NCBI GenBank assembly: GCA_000182565.2
Contig: KQ257468.1
Source: Spizellomyces punctatus DAOM BR117
Taxonomy: Eukaryota
Reading direction: 5' to 3' (one strand)
DNA: 64,000 nucleotides
Part shown: piece by piece, positions 1 to 10,300 of the stretch
Numbering within the stretch: position 1 is the first letter of the stretch
Layout of the letters: the number at the start of each line of letters is the position of its first letter
Translations under genes and position numbers: made by a program
The notes under the pieces: generated by a model
What the model was told of the DNA's origin: nothing
Databases searched by the model: none
What the model saw: the letters and a program-made list of their open reading frames with translations, nothing else

Positions 1-704
1 ACACAATCCCGTGAAGTCAACCGAGAGTTCTCGAACGGATGCGATAGTAACTCCGATGATGATAATTGCGAGTGACTGAATGACAGGTTGCCGTAGGCGC
101 ACCGAATAGAGAGAATATTGAAGAATGGCGATGGTGGGAAGGTTGAGAATTTTTAGGAGCTATTATCACAAAAAATTCGAAAATGAAAACTGATGCTTAG
201 CGATGGAAGCCTTCGGAAAAGTTTCTGGCTTACCTGATATGCACCAACAGAGTTAGTGGCCAAACTCAAGTTCATAAAAACAATTCCTGCTGCATTCGTC
301 CCTCCCAGCATAAGCCCATCCGTGACATCAAGAAGCGACGAGAATTTTTGACCTGTATAAAAACCCCAACAGCTTGTAATGACCCATATGGTAACCTACA
401 AACAAAGACGTTCTGGGTGTATCAGACTCAAAAAGCAACCAATCGACCATATGGCACGTCGACAAACCTGGTGAAGCGCGGTTAAAATCAGTGGATAGTT
501 GAAGCTCTGCATCACTGCTTTGTTTGCCAGGACAATGAGAACGGTTGACGCAATGTTACCGATCATCCATAACCCTTTCACATATGGATCGTAGCTGGCG
601 GACACCCGCCACTTGGTGCCATTCCAGGACACTTTGTCTTCATGAGTCCGGGTGAAATCCGAGGCATTTTTGGGACCGTCGTAGTGCTTTCTCTCCTCAT
701 TCAT
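1..704 (-). CDS. Nucleotide-sugar transporter, TPT/SLC35E-like (3' end truncated by window edge; at least 2 introns)
   Basis: Spliced translation reads LWMIGNIASTVLIVLANKAVMQSFNYPLILTALHQ ... IVFMNLSLATNSVGAYQ|LLKILNLPTIAILQY, matching the NK...FP..LT..H and N.SL..NSVG.YQ..K motifs of TPT-family transporters. Confidence 0.85.
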
Positions 705-869
705 TGGATGTCTTGACTGTTTTGAGCATCAGATTCAACCGCGTGTTGGGACGTGTAAATAATTCAACGCGTATCACGTCAGCATCCATAGCATGGCCCA
801 CCTTGGGCTCGCGACGCGTTTGCTATTTAAAAGCGAATCGTCTGGCGGCTTGCCTTTGGCATCAAGATA

Positions 870-1963
870 ATGTTCGCCTCCGCACAAAATCGCCCACGCA
901 TCGGTCTCTTCTTGCTGGCAGTCTTTATAGCAGTCTGCTTCTTATGGTCCTGGCAGCCGCGGGGCCTTCAAATAGCACCAAATGTAAAACGAGAAACGCT
1001 GGTGCCGCGCAACCCGTCAAAGAGGTGAACTTCCCAGTAGGAGGCTTGAAAGCGAAGATATCACCGATTCTACGCCCGGACTGGTGTAACTCAAATGGAG
1101 AAAGGAGAATGGGAAAAGGAAACCTACATTAAGTGGGGAGTTCATTGTATGCATACCGTGCCATTCGTTCATATCTTGCAGTTTTCACAAGTACATTGAC
1201 TCGGAAACTGTCTTGGTGGATTTTGAACCTGGTGTGGTCCGACGGTACTGTTTGGTGCACAGCTTGCGAAAGCCACTATTGGTATTGAAGGGGATCCGGC
1301 CGCATTTGCCGAAGTATCATTCAACGTCAAGGTAAGATAAGTGATCGTACATTTCCGGAAGATGCCGCGAGAATCTCTGGTGCTCAACAAGCTGAATTTA
1401 GGCCAATGCGGAGCAAACGTGGAGCAAAAGAATTACTTTGCGCCCTTTCTGCGTGTCTGATGCGGCGGCACAAGTTCAAATGGAAAGTGACACTCCCGGA
1501 AATTCTATCTCCCATGTCGGCGCAACCCCAGATGGAAAAAACCTCAAAGGATGGACTTCACAGTGTTATCCACTGGAAACCATTCTGGAGGACGCTGGTC
1601 TCCTAATTCCGACCTCCAAGATGTTCATCAAGATTGATGTAGAAGGCTACGAATGCACAATCTTTCCGGTTTTGGAGAACGTAGGTGTCATTCTTCGAAA
1701 ATATTGCATCTATCTTGCAATTGTAGATACTGATCTACCTCAATGTGAACCAGTTTCTGTCAAGAATGGCAGTCAAACCCATAATTTACCTATCAACACA
1801 CGCTCATTTTGTGAAATGTACGGACGAGCAGTACCGCAAGATGAAGGAAATACTATCGACTTACAAGGTCTGGGGCAAGGTGTTGGGATCAGGCGCCGTA
1901 GCTCAAGGAGAATTCCTCGCGGACGGTGGGGCGATGCTGGCCACTGACACGTATCTCTTTTGA
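870..1963 (+). pseudogene. FkbM-family (Methyltransf_21) SAM-dependent methyltransferase with N-terminal TM anchor; frame-disrupted
   Basis: Reconstructed protein is MFASAQNRPRIGLFLLAVFIAVCFLWSW ... GEWEKETYINFHKYIDSETVLVDF/GTWCGPTVLFGAQLAKATIGIEGDP ... FIKIDVEGYECTIFP ... KPIIYLSTH. It needs a frameshift at ~1225, and there are in-frame stops at ~1025-1050 with no convincing intron. Confidence 0.75.
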
Positions 1964-2700
1964 TATTGTAAAAAATATCATGGTTCAAGATTAGTTATGT
2001 AGTTGACATTTGCACGAAGAATGTGAATGCGTTTGCTCAGGTCCTTTGAAATGCACCCAACAGTATTTCACTGTTGTCATACTGGGCACAGTGGTGACTC
2101 TGGCCCGGCCTACGATCTTGGTAGAGATTCTTTTTCTCCATGTGATAAGAGCTGACCATATTACTCCGGAAGGGACACCTGCATTGGTGCACGGATCTAT
2201 CATAATGTTTCACTTGGATTATCCGTTGAAAACCCCTGCTTCATTCAGACATATGCTACAAATAGGAACAAGGATATTTCCATACAACGTCGTCAGGCGT
2301 TCTTGGCGGATATCATACCATGTTAAATCAAACGAAAATGTGCCGCATAATGTCACTGAAGCCAGGATGGAGCTTGCATTATGGCTTGTGTACGTGAGCA
2401 ACTTGTGGGTTGCGTGGGTACTTTTGGTGTTTTTAAATTGTCAGGATATCCCCAGAAACGCGTCGCATAATCACGCAACGCGACCGCGTCGCGTTCTCGT
2501 TCATTCCCTGCAAATTGGCATTTTCATTGACTGCAACTTGTTGTTGAATCAGACGAAAGATGACGGGAGGAATGTCAACCAAGTATGATCCTCTCGAGGG
2601 CAAGGTATGGGTCCTACATTACCTCCTAGTAATCATGACCTCGTACCTACAACTCACCAAAACTTTCACGTAGAATCTCATCCTCCTGCGCAACCGGCGC

Positions 2701-4293
2701 ATGTATCTCTTTCTCTCAGCCTGTGCTGCCGGTCTCTTCCTCTTTCTTATTGTATCTACAATGCATTCCTCTCAGAAAGCTGCCTTATCAAAATTACCAC
2801 TGGAGACAGTCAAGTCACAAGGAGGAGCCATGGCTACATCGGACGAAGAAACTAGGTCCACGTCACCTTGTTCGAAGGAAACAAGACGAAAGGAAATTCT
2901 TGGTTCTACATTTTCTGATTGGGAGAACATGTGGGTTCGCGCAAATGACAACAGCATTCCGACAGTGTGGAGTGACGGAGGTGCTGGCTCTGGGGATGGC
3001 ACTCCGCCTGAGCCACTCGAAACAGCGAATACTGACAGCTGCTGGCCTGGGTGGTGCAACTTCTTCAATCCTACCGGTAAATGCCAGTGCTACGCCGAGT
3101 GTGTTCAGAAGGGAAATTGCTGCCCTGATATGCCGCAGGCGTGTGGCATGCAGCAACCTACAGATTTTGAATTGACGTTAAAAAATGTGTCTCTGTCCTC
3201 TATCGTCATCAGTTGGTCACCGACAGCATGTGAAAAGTTCAGAAACACGAGCCAGTTTGCTGTTGAATGGACAACGACGCCTGAAGGCAATGCGACTGCA
3301 CGCTGGTTACTGTTGCATAAATGGGAGTGCCCTGGGGAGACCTCCGCGCCGCTAAATGTTCAGCATGTGAATTTGGCTCCACACAAGCGATATCATTACC
3401 GAATGGTTGCCCAGAATACTTCTGGTTCATATCCCGTCTCCCAACATGTTTCCGTTGTAACGGCTCCTGTTTGTGCTATTGCTCCGCACTATAACGAAGA
3501 AGTCACTATACCGTTCCTGGTCAGCTCTCTAATTGATCACGTAGATTATTTCATCATTTTGGACAATGGTTCGACCGACTACTCTCTGGACTTGGTACAA
3601 GTTCTATATCCTCAGCATTTACAATCCGGCCGCCTGCGGATAATACTTACCGGCGCAGCGAGGGGAAATATGGGAATCGTGAGAACAATGGGCATCCAGC
3701 TCTCCCGAAATCTTGGATGCCGCTTTATGGTCAGTTTGGAGGCGGACTCTGTTTTTTACGATAAAGGGGCGGAAAGTATCACGGAGTTAGCGCGGAAGAT
3801 TCCCAGCGGCGTTCGATCTTTCCGGCATGTGTGGCTTGAGAGTATGCAGTTTGGTTGGAACACGACCGAGCAGTGGTTGGACGGAATGACCTTAATCACA
3901 CAGAAGAGAAATACCAGCGTAACCGGAGATGTCAGACGTCAAGCAGCTCCTGTTAGTGGAAACTATTTGTTACGTGTGCAAGGTGTTACTGCTCATGGTG
4001 CTTATTCCGACGAAGCAGCGGGACGTGGGGCTGAAAATTATTGGTATGGGAGCGACAGAAGAGGCGAGAATATTCTCTATGAGACTTGGGAGACTTGGCA
4101 TATCCATACCTCCCTATTGCGGCCTACTGACCGCAAGACTGAGAAATGGAAAGCCATGGGACGTCCTCCACAAGATGCATACACCTGGACAGATCCTACA
4201 GCGGTGCGGTTGAAGGTCGAAGAATTACCCGAAGCCTTCTACAGAATGACAGACGCTGTTCGGCGTATGTATTATGAGTTGCAATGCTCCTAA
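2701..4293 (+). CDS. Type II membrane protein: somatomedin-B domain + fibronectin type III domain + GT2-like glycosyltransferase (intronless)
   Basis: N-terminal hydrophobic anchor. SMB cysteine pattern SCWPGWC...CQCYAECVQKGNCCPD...C. FN3 pattern SIVISW...LAPHKRYHYRMVAQN. GT2 N-terminus APHYNEE...ILDNGSTDYS and a DxD-like EAD. Confidence 0.85.
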   Translation: MYLFLSACAAGLFLFLIVSTMHSSQKAALSKLPLETVKSQGGAMATSDEETRSTSPCSKETRRKEILGSTFSDWENMWVRANDNSIPTVWSDGGAGSGDGTPPEPLETANTDSCWPGWCNFFNPTGKCQCYAECVQKGNCCPDMPQACGMQQPTDFELTLKNVSLSSIVISWSPTACEKFRNTSQFAVEWTTTPEGNATARWLLLHKWECPGETSAPLNVQHVNLAPHKRYHYRMVAQNTSGSYPVSQHVSVVTAPVCAIAPHYNEEVTIPFLVSSLIDHVDYFIILDNGSTDYSLDLVQVLYPQHLQSGRLRIILTGAARGNMGIVRTMGIQLSRNLGCRFMVSLEADSVFYDKGAESITELARKIPSGVRSFRHVWLESMQFGWNTTEQWLDGMTLITQKRNTSVTGDVRRQAAPVSGNYLLRVQGVTAHGAYSDEAAGRGAENYWYGSDRRGENILYETWETWHIHTSLLRPTDRKTEKWKAMGRPPQDAYTWTDPTAVRLKVEELPEAFYRMTDAVRRMYYELQCS

Positions 4294-4345
4294 GGCAATA
4301 AGAACTGTAAATATACACAGAGTTCATGTATTAAGTATCTATGGG

Positions 4346-5377
4346 CTAGATTGTATTTTCCCACTCAGGACACAGTCGCGCAGCAGATGTCCACCATTCC
4401 AAGTACATATCCTTGAGAACAGGATGTGCATTCTCCCTAATTACACCGTTTGGGACTGTCCATGGTTTACCGTAGCGCCCTACATTTGCACTGAAATGGA
4501 CCACCTCCACCTCTTCTTCATATACGCGGCTTAGAGTGGTACGATTCTTTGCGGATTCCGCCGTCCAAAAGGAAGACCATTTGGGGACCGTTTCTGTGTC
4601 CCAATGATTATTCAACGTGACATACCGACCGGGAAGGAGCAGGACTTCGTTTCCAAACTCGTGATTGATCAAATCCATGTCGTATTCATTTTTCTCCAGG
4701 TTAGCAAGACGACCTTGAACCCTCTTCCAGAGTCGTGGTGATAGCTCGATAACCATTAGGGGTGAGGCAGCCCAACCGACCCCGCCACGTCCATCCGGTT
4801 GCTTGTCAACGCCGTGAAACTCTACATACCAATACGCGCGGGGTATTGCGATGTCGACGTGTGGCAATTCGAATAAATGGTCAAGATTCTTACGAACTAA
4901 TTGATCTGCATCTAATGTCAAGATTCTGGTGTACCCATATGTAGACAGCGAAAAGGCCAGAAGTTTCGTCATGACCTCCCCATATGTAGCAACATCATTG
5001 GGATTTGTCCCGGCAGGAGGTGGAGGAGGAGTAACGCTTACAATATGCGCACCGAAATGGGAAGCCGCCTTTTCGACGTACGCCTTTGGCACTTTGTCTG
5101 TTACAAGGAAAACGAATCGTATTTTTGAGCCCCATTTTCGAATCAGCGCCATGTTGATGAGCACTGAGCATGCATACTCAGTATTTGTGGCATAAAATAC
5201 GTATGCGTGGGACGAAATGGGCGTAGTGATATTGGGTGATATTGGTGAGTTCGGGGATATGTTCTTTGAAAGTGTCCACCTCGAAGGCATCGAGAAGGAC
5301 AGTAAAGCGAAAATTACCAGCGCGATAAGAGCAGGAAGCATGCCGTGCGGCTTTCCGCGTGTTGGGAGTATCTTCAT
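4346..5377 (-). CDS. GT8-family glycosyltransferase, GNT1/glycogenin-like, type II membrane (intronless)
   Basis: Motifs HAYVFYAT...Y.CS, TKLLAF...Y.RILTLDADQLVRKNLDHLF, PRAYW, YDMDLIN and VHFS...KPW. The likely start is MKILPTRG (5377), ahead of the TM segment; the ORF-track start further upstream is probably spurious. Confidence 0.88.
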   Translation of the reverse strand: MKILPTRGKPHGMLPALIALVIFALLSFSMPSRWTLSKNISPNSPISPNITTPISSHAYVFYATNTEYACSVLINMALIRKWGSKIRFVFLVTDKVPKAYVEKAASHFGAHIVSVTPPPPPAGTNPNDVATYGEVMTKLLAFSLSTYGYTRILTLDADQLVRKNLDHLFELPHVDIAIPRAYWYVEFHGVDKQPDGRGGVGWAASPLMVIELSPRLWKRVQGRLANLEKNEYDMDLINHEFGNEVLLLPGRYVTLNNHWDTETVPKWSSFWTAESAKNRTTLSRVYEEEVEVVHFSANVGRYGKPWTVPNGVIRENAHPVLKDMYLEWWTSAARLCPEWENTI

Positions 5378-5651
5378 CGCGCAGAAACCTAAGAAACAGG
5401 AAAACCAAAGTATGCACCAGTTGGCGACCTGTTGCAGTTGCTGGGTATGGCTGTGCTGATTAAGCAATGTGTACGCGCTTATGTGTACGCGTTTTTGGAC
5501 TGCCCACTGCACTGAGCAGACCATTTCAGATAGTGATTGCATTGAGATTAAGAATGTTGAAGAGACCACAACGAATGGTAGATAGATATAGCAGTGGTTA
5601 AAAATATACATATCATGAAAGATATATTGGTACAAAGAAAAGAAATACGGC

Positions 5652-8600
5652 TTAGTTTCTGAAGTCTGTCCGTACGTCTCTACGTCTTGCCAGCCATGAT
5701 GCCACAGCTATTTCTTCTAATATTCGCGCAACCATCTCATTTGTTTCAATGATCCCATCAACGAGGTCTTTCAGCGGCGTCAACCGCTCATTTGAATTGC
5801 TTTCATCTGGCAACAAGACGTCTTTCGCGTTCTTCTTATTCCATGCAACGACATTGAAGCCATTGAAGCTGCGTGCCGTTATTGCGGCAGCAACAATAGC
5901 TGGGTCGTCAGGAGAATTCGGTACGATGACCAAATCAGGTCTTACTGTCTCAATGACCTGCTGAAAGGACATCATCACCTCGGTTGCAATGTCAACAGCT
6001 CGAGATTTCCGTGAGAATTCCGATGCGACGCCAAGATCAAAAACGCCAGTGTGGAACGATTCCAGAGTCCATGAAATGCCCAATTCTGACAACAGTTGTG
6101 ACTGAGGGTAACGGCCTATTAGCACGGGGAACGGTCGTAATCGAATGTTGGGAACCGGCTTTTGCAAAGTAGTCGCCCAAATATACTCGTGAAGAGGCTT
6201 GAACAATCTTGCATCCTGGATCGTATCAACCAGGTACAGAATCCTCATTTCGTTCGGCCGCCACATTTCGGACATGAGAACGCGGGTATGGCCACGAGTA
6301 AAGTGCTTGAAAGTAATGTAATCTCGTAGTCTGTGTATATCCATCTCCTTACCGTTGACTGATATAGCGCCGTGTGTTGTGTCGCCGGAGGCTGAGATGG
6401 CACGATAATCAGGCGTGACAAGATGCGAGGATGGGTCACTGGCAGCAACCGGGAATACAAAAGTTGGTAGATTGGCGTACTTTGACAAGGTATAGGTAAT
6501 TTGAAAATCCTCGCCAGTCTCCCACGTAACTGCGTTTTCGCGGAACATGAGTTTGATCCAGTCTTTTTCCATAAACCAGATCCCCCCGACGAGGTCCACT
6601 TGCGTAATGACTTCGGGGTGTATCACTTGACCGAGACCATATGTTTCTTTGTAGTTGTTTGAGTTCTGAACAGGTACGATATGGCCTTTAGCGCCATACA
6701 AGCCTCGAAACTCCCCGCCTACAATATTCTGCACTGTTTTCATATGAGCGATCGTTATAGAATTGACAAGGTACCAAGCCTCGCTTACCATGGAGAAAAT
6801 TCCGAAAAACATTGGCTCCCGGCAGACAATCATCATCAAAAAAAACTGCATATTTGGTGGGTATCTGCAGCCCGACCTCGAATCGGCCAAAATATTTGAG
6901 CTGTACGTCGCCTTGAAGGAATTTGATCGGTATTTTCTGTGCTTTATGGCTATTAGCAAAGTCATCGACCGCCTGTTTGATTGCCGCGACTGATTTTGAT
7001 GCGAAAACGGTGATCCATATTTCGAGCGGTGGGACAGTCTGATTGAACAGGGAACCCAGCAAACGCGGGATCACCTCCACGCGATTGTAACCCGATATGA
7101 CCGCCGTAATTCCATTGAGCCCTTTGCCGTCACCATTTTCTGGGTACGAGGACGGCAGCTCCAGTAGTGCGGTCAAGTTCAATTGGCGCGGCTTTGTAGG
7201 TGCACGTACAAAAGACCGTGGTCTGGGCGCAATTGACGCTGCGGAAGTACTCTCACTGACGTTTGTTAGGGTGGTCTTAGCGGATTCAGCTTCCACAAGT
7301 TTGTCGCTCGCAATTGTGGGCCGATTTACAGCAATTTGGGCTAAACAATAATGTCAATATATTTCTTTGTGGACTATTACGCATGATTTTGATATTACCC
7401 GAACCCTTTAAGACAATATCAACAATTTTGCTCCCGGCAGTCCCATCCCCGTAGGGGAATGTCTTGATAGCCATTGCCGCGTAAGCTTGTTTATCAGTAA
7501 GAAGTTCTTGAACATGTCGGAAGACATTATCCTCGTCAGTTCCAATCAACTTCGCTACACCTGCTGTGACTCCTTCCGGCCGCTCTGTATCGTTTCGTAA
7601 CACCAGAATTGGTTTCGAAAAGGCCGTACCCTCCTCTTGAACTCCTCCAGAGTCAGTGAGCAACAGTGTCGCCCGCTTCAAAAGCTGCGCAAAGAATTCA
7701 TAGGATAACGGTCCTAGTAAAGTGATACGTTTATCATTGCCTAGGAATTGCGTAACGGTTTCCTGTACTGTAGGGTTCATATGAACAGGAAGTACAATAT
7801 GTACATCAGGAAATCCATCCACAATCCGCTTTATGGCCTTGCAGACGCTGATGAGCGGCGAGCCTAAGTTTTCGCGTCGGTGCATAGTTACGAGAAGGAG
7901 ACGGTATTGGCTCGTATGGGATTTTGCCGCTTCTTCAATTTCAAGCAGGCTAGAGGCAACCTCCGGCGAGGGCTCGAGGCTGGCCACCCATTGCAACGCA
8001 TCAATAACAGTATTCCCAGTAATGTACACATTCTCTGATGGTATTCCTTCGGCTTTCAGGTTATTTGCCGCATGCTGCGTCGGAACAAAGTGGTAGCTGG
8101 CTAGACCGGCTATGAGGCGACGGCTGGTTTCTTCCGGAAACGGGGAATACCTTTTGTATGTACGTAACCCAGCTTCAACGTGACCTACAGCTATCTTTTC
8201 GTGAAAAGCAACGACAGATGCTACGAAGGCCGAAGTCGTATCACCCTGCACAAGCAGCCAATCTGGGCGATAATGAGTCACAGCTTTGGTCATTCGCCCG
8301 ACGATTCGCTCCGTCAACGAGTTCAAACTTTGTCCCGATTTCATAACGTTCAGGTTAACATGTGGCTTGATATCGAATAAGCGGAGAAGGGGTTCAACCA
8401 TTTCCTGGTGCTGCCCGGTTACGCATATGATAGGGTTAATACCGTGAGTGTTGAGAGCTCTGATAATAGGAAACATCTTGATAGTTTCTGGCCGAGTGCC
8501 CATCACGATCATTACGCGAGGCGATTTGTTGAGTCCACCGTCATCGGGCAAAAGAAACTCGATATCCTTGCTGGTGACCCTCGATTGCGAGACAAGATGC

Positions 8601-8785
8601 GTGGAGGTGTCCAGAGAGGATACGAAGAAAATAAACAACAGGACTGTACAGGCAAGCAAGGCTAAAAGCCGAGTTCTGCGGGAAATCCGAATGGACCGTG
8701 GACTCTGTATCTCTCTCTTTGTAAAATGTAGTTTTTCATGATCAATCAGTATCTTAACTGTCTTAACAGGAGGGGTTTCCATCAT
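5652..8785 (-). CDS. Membrane-anchored UDP-N-acetylglucosamine 2-epimerase (WecB/non-hydrolysing type) fused to a GT-A (GT2-like) domain and a degenerate C-terminal epimerase-like domain; 2 introns
   Basis: Motifs GTRPE, TGQH, QGDT, HVEAGLR, PFPEE, HRREN, DSGGVQEE, TERPE and PYGDG. GT-AG introns at ~7398-7342 and ~6788-6736 join three ORF-track pieces in frame (...KGSAQIAVNRP... and ...NFLHVQNIVGG...). The GT part reads AVISGYNR...FFDDDCLPG...WETGEDF. Confidence 0.88.
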
Positions 8786-8964
8786 GATACGTTGCGGGAG
8801 AGCGAAAGGTCGTTGCCTTGCTCATCTGCGCTTGGAGATCTGCTTTTGTGCGGGTCGAAGTTGGCCCTGATCGGGCCCTGCTCTTACCTAATCTAACGCG
8901 TGCATAAGCCTCTGAAAAGCATAAAAGGCTTCTTGCAGCAAACAGAAATAACGACAACGAAACA

Positions 8965-10300
8965 ATGACCCGACGAAAAGCACTTTCCAACCAACTTGTT
9001 ATCGTTTTGGCTATATGCGCCTCCAGCGTCTGTTTCTTTTTCGCAGGCCCGATACTGATCCCACATAGTCAGATAGAAAAGGCAATTGACAGAACAGGCA
9101 CTTGACGTTCATTCATTGCTGAGGAGAGCTGACACTGGTACTATACTTGCAGCCAGAGGACGACCTCATTTCAGCTTCGTCTGCATGCAAATCTCAAGTG
9201 ACGCTAAGACGTGCCCCTCCGCGAAAGGTACCATTGCCATCAATTCTCCGATTGTATAGCCAAAAATAATCCATTGGCCGTCAATCAGGTGGTGGGAAGC
9301 TATTATGACGATTTTCTGAGGATCACCGCAAATATTATTGAGGTCTTGGAGAATAGACGATCGGGAGTAGCAGTTGCAAGGTAAAGAATTTAGCAGGGTT
9401 ATGTGATCACGGACGTCGATTGAACACGCGTTGGATTAGATATGGAGATGGTGAAAGGGAACTGATGCTAGGAGGCACCATTAAACCAGCTACACAGGCT
9501 GGGCAGGTACATGCATCTGTTGCCATTAGCACCTTGCATCTGCTCTAATGAAAAGCGTAGGTTGACAAGTGGTCATGGGAGAAGCCGGGCATCTCCTTTC
9601 TTGGTCGAGATCTGCTGGACACCTTGTCCTCTCACTATGATGAGCCATACTACTATGGGTTCGCTGCTCCTGTCCAAGATGCGAGCGGACTGAGATTTTT
9701 CATCAATGCCACAGGTAGCTATAGCAAGAATTTCCCGAATAATGATATATACCAGAAATCTCTGACGCCCTCTAATAGAACAGCACTTGGATTACATCAC
9801 GTTTGCGAACATATGGGTGAATGACAACTACAAACATACAAAAGAATTCATCAAAAAGATTGCAGAACAATACGCTGGCCGTATCGTCATTATCGCAAAT
9901 CATATTACAAAGGACAGAAGCTTGGTGCCAAGTTGGGCTTCAGAGTTTTTCTCAACTCCAGACGATTGCGTTGCCTTCTGGGAACAGAATCGTGACGAGC
10001 ATCTCGCAAAAATTGAGGCTCTCGGCCGCAGACATACACGTAAATTGTTTATGATATCAGCTGGCCCTATGGCTAAAGTATATGTGCATAAGCTCTGGAA
10101 CGTGAATCCGCACAATGCTATAATTGACTTTGGATCAAGTTTGGACGAAATACTCAAGGTAGTTATAACAGTATCCTTCACGAAAGCTGATCAAATTTAA
10201 AGTTTGATTATGCTACTAGGGAGAAACGACACGACCCTACCAATCCGCCAGTGCAAATGAAGTGGACCCAAGTTGGCAGCTTATACCGCAAACTATATAG
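8965..10300 (+). CDS. Type II membrane GT-D-fold (DUF1792/GT101-like) putative glycosyltransferase; multi-exon
   Basis: First exon MTRRKALSNQLVIVLAICASSVCFFFAG is a TM anchor. The spliced product contains VARYGDGERELM, FMISAGPMAKVY and IIDFGSSLD, matching the R(F/Y)GDGE, GP.AK and ID.G motifs of GT-D proteins. Splicing of the first 2-3 exons is uncertain. Confidence 0.7.

Noticed and set aside
1380-1410. Additional frameshift in FkbM near 1400
   Set aside because: Using the acceptor TTTAG at ~1401 keeps the frame (NVK|ANAEQTW).
1991-2588. 192-aa + ORF and short minus ORFs between FkbM and the SMB-FN3-GT2 gene
   Set aside because: Non-ATG starts, no motifs, and overlap with the CGCG-rich putative promoter.
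5652-8785. Three overlapping minus-strand ORFs as separate genes or programmed frameshifts
   Set aside because: Canonical GT-AG introns join them in frame, so no recoding is needed.
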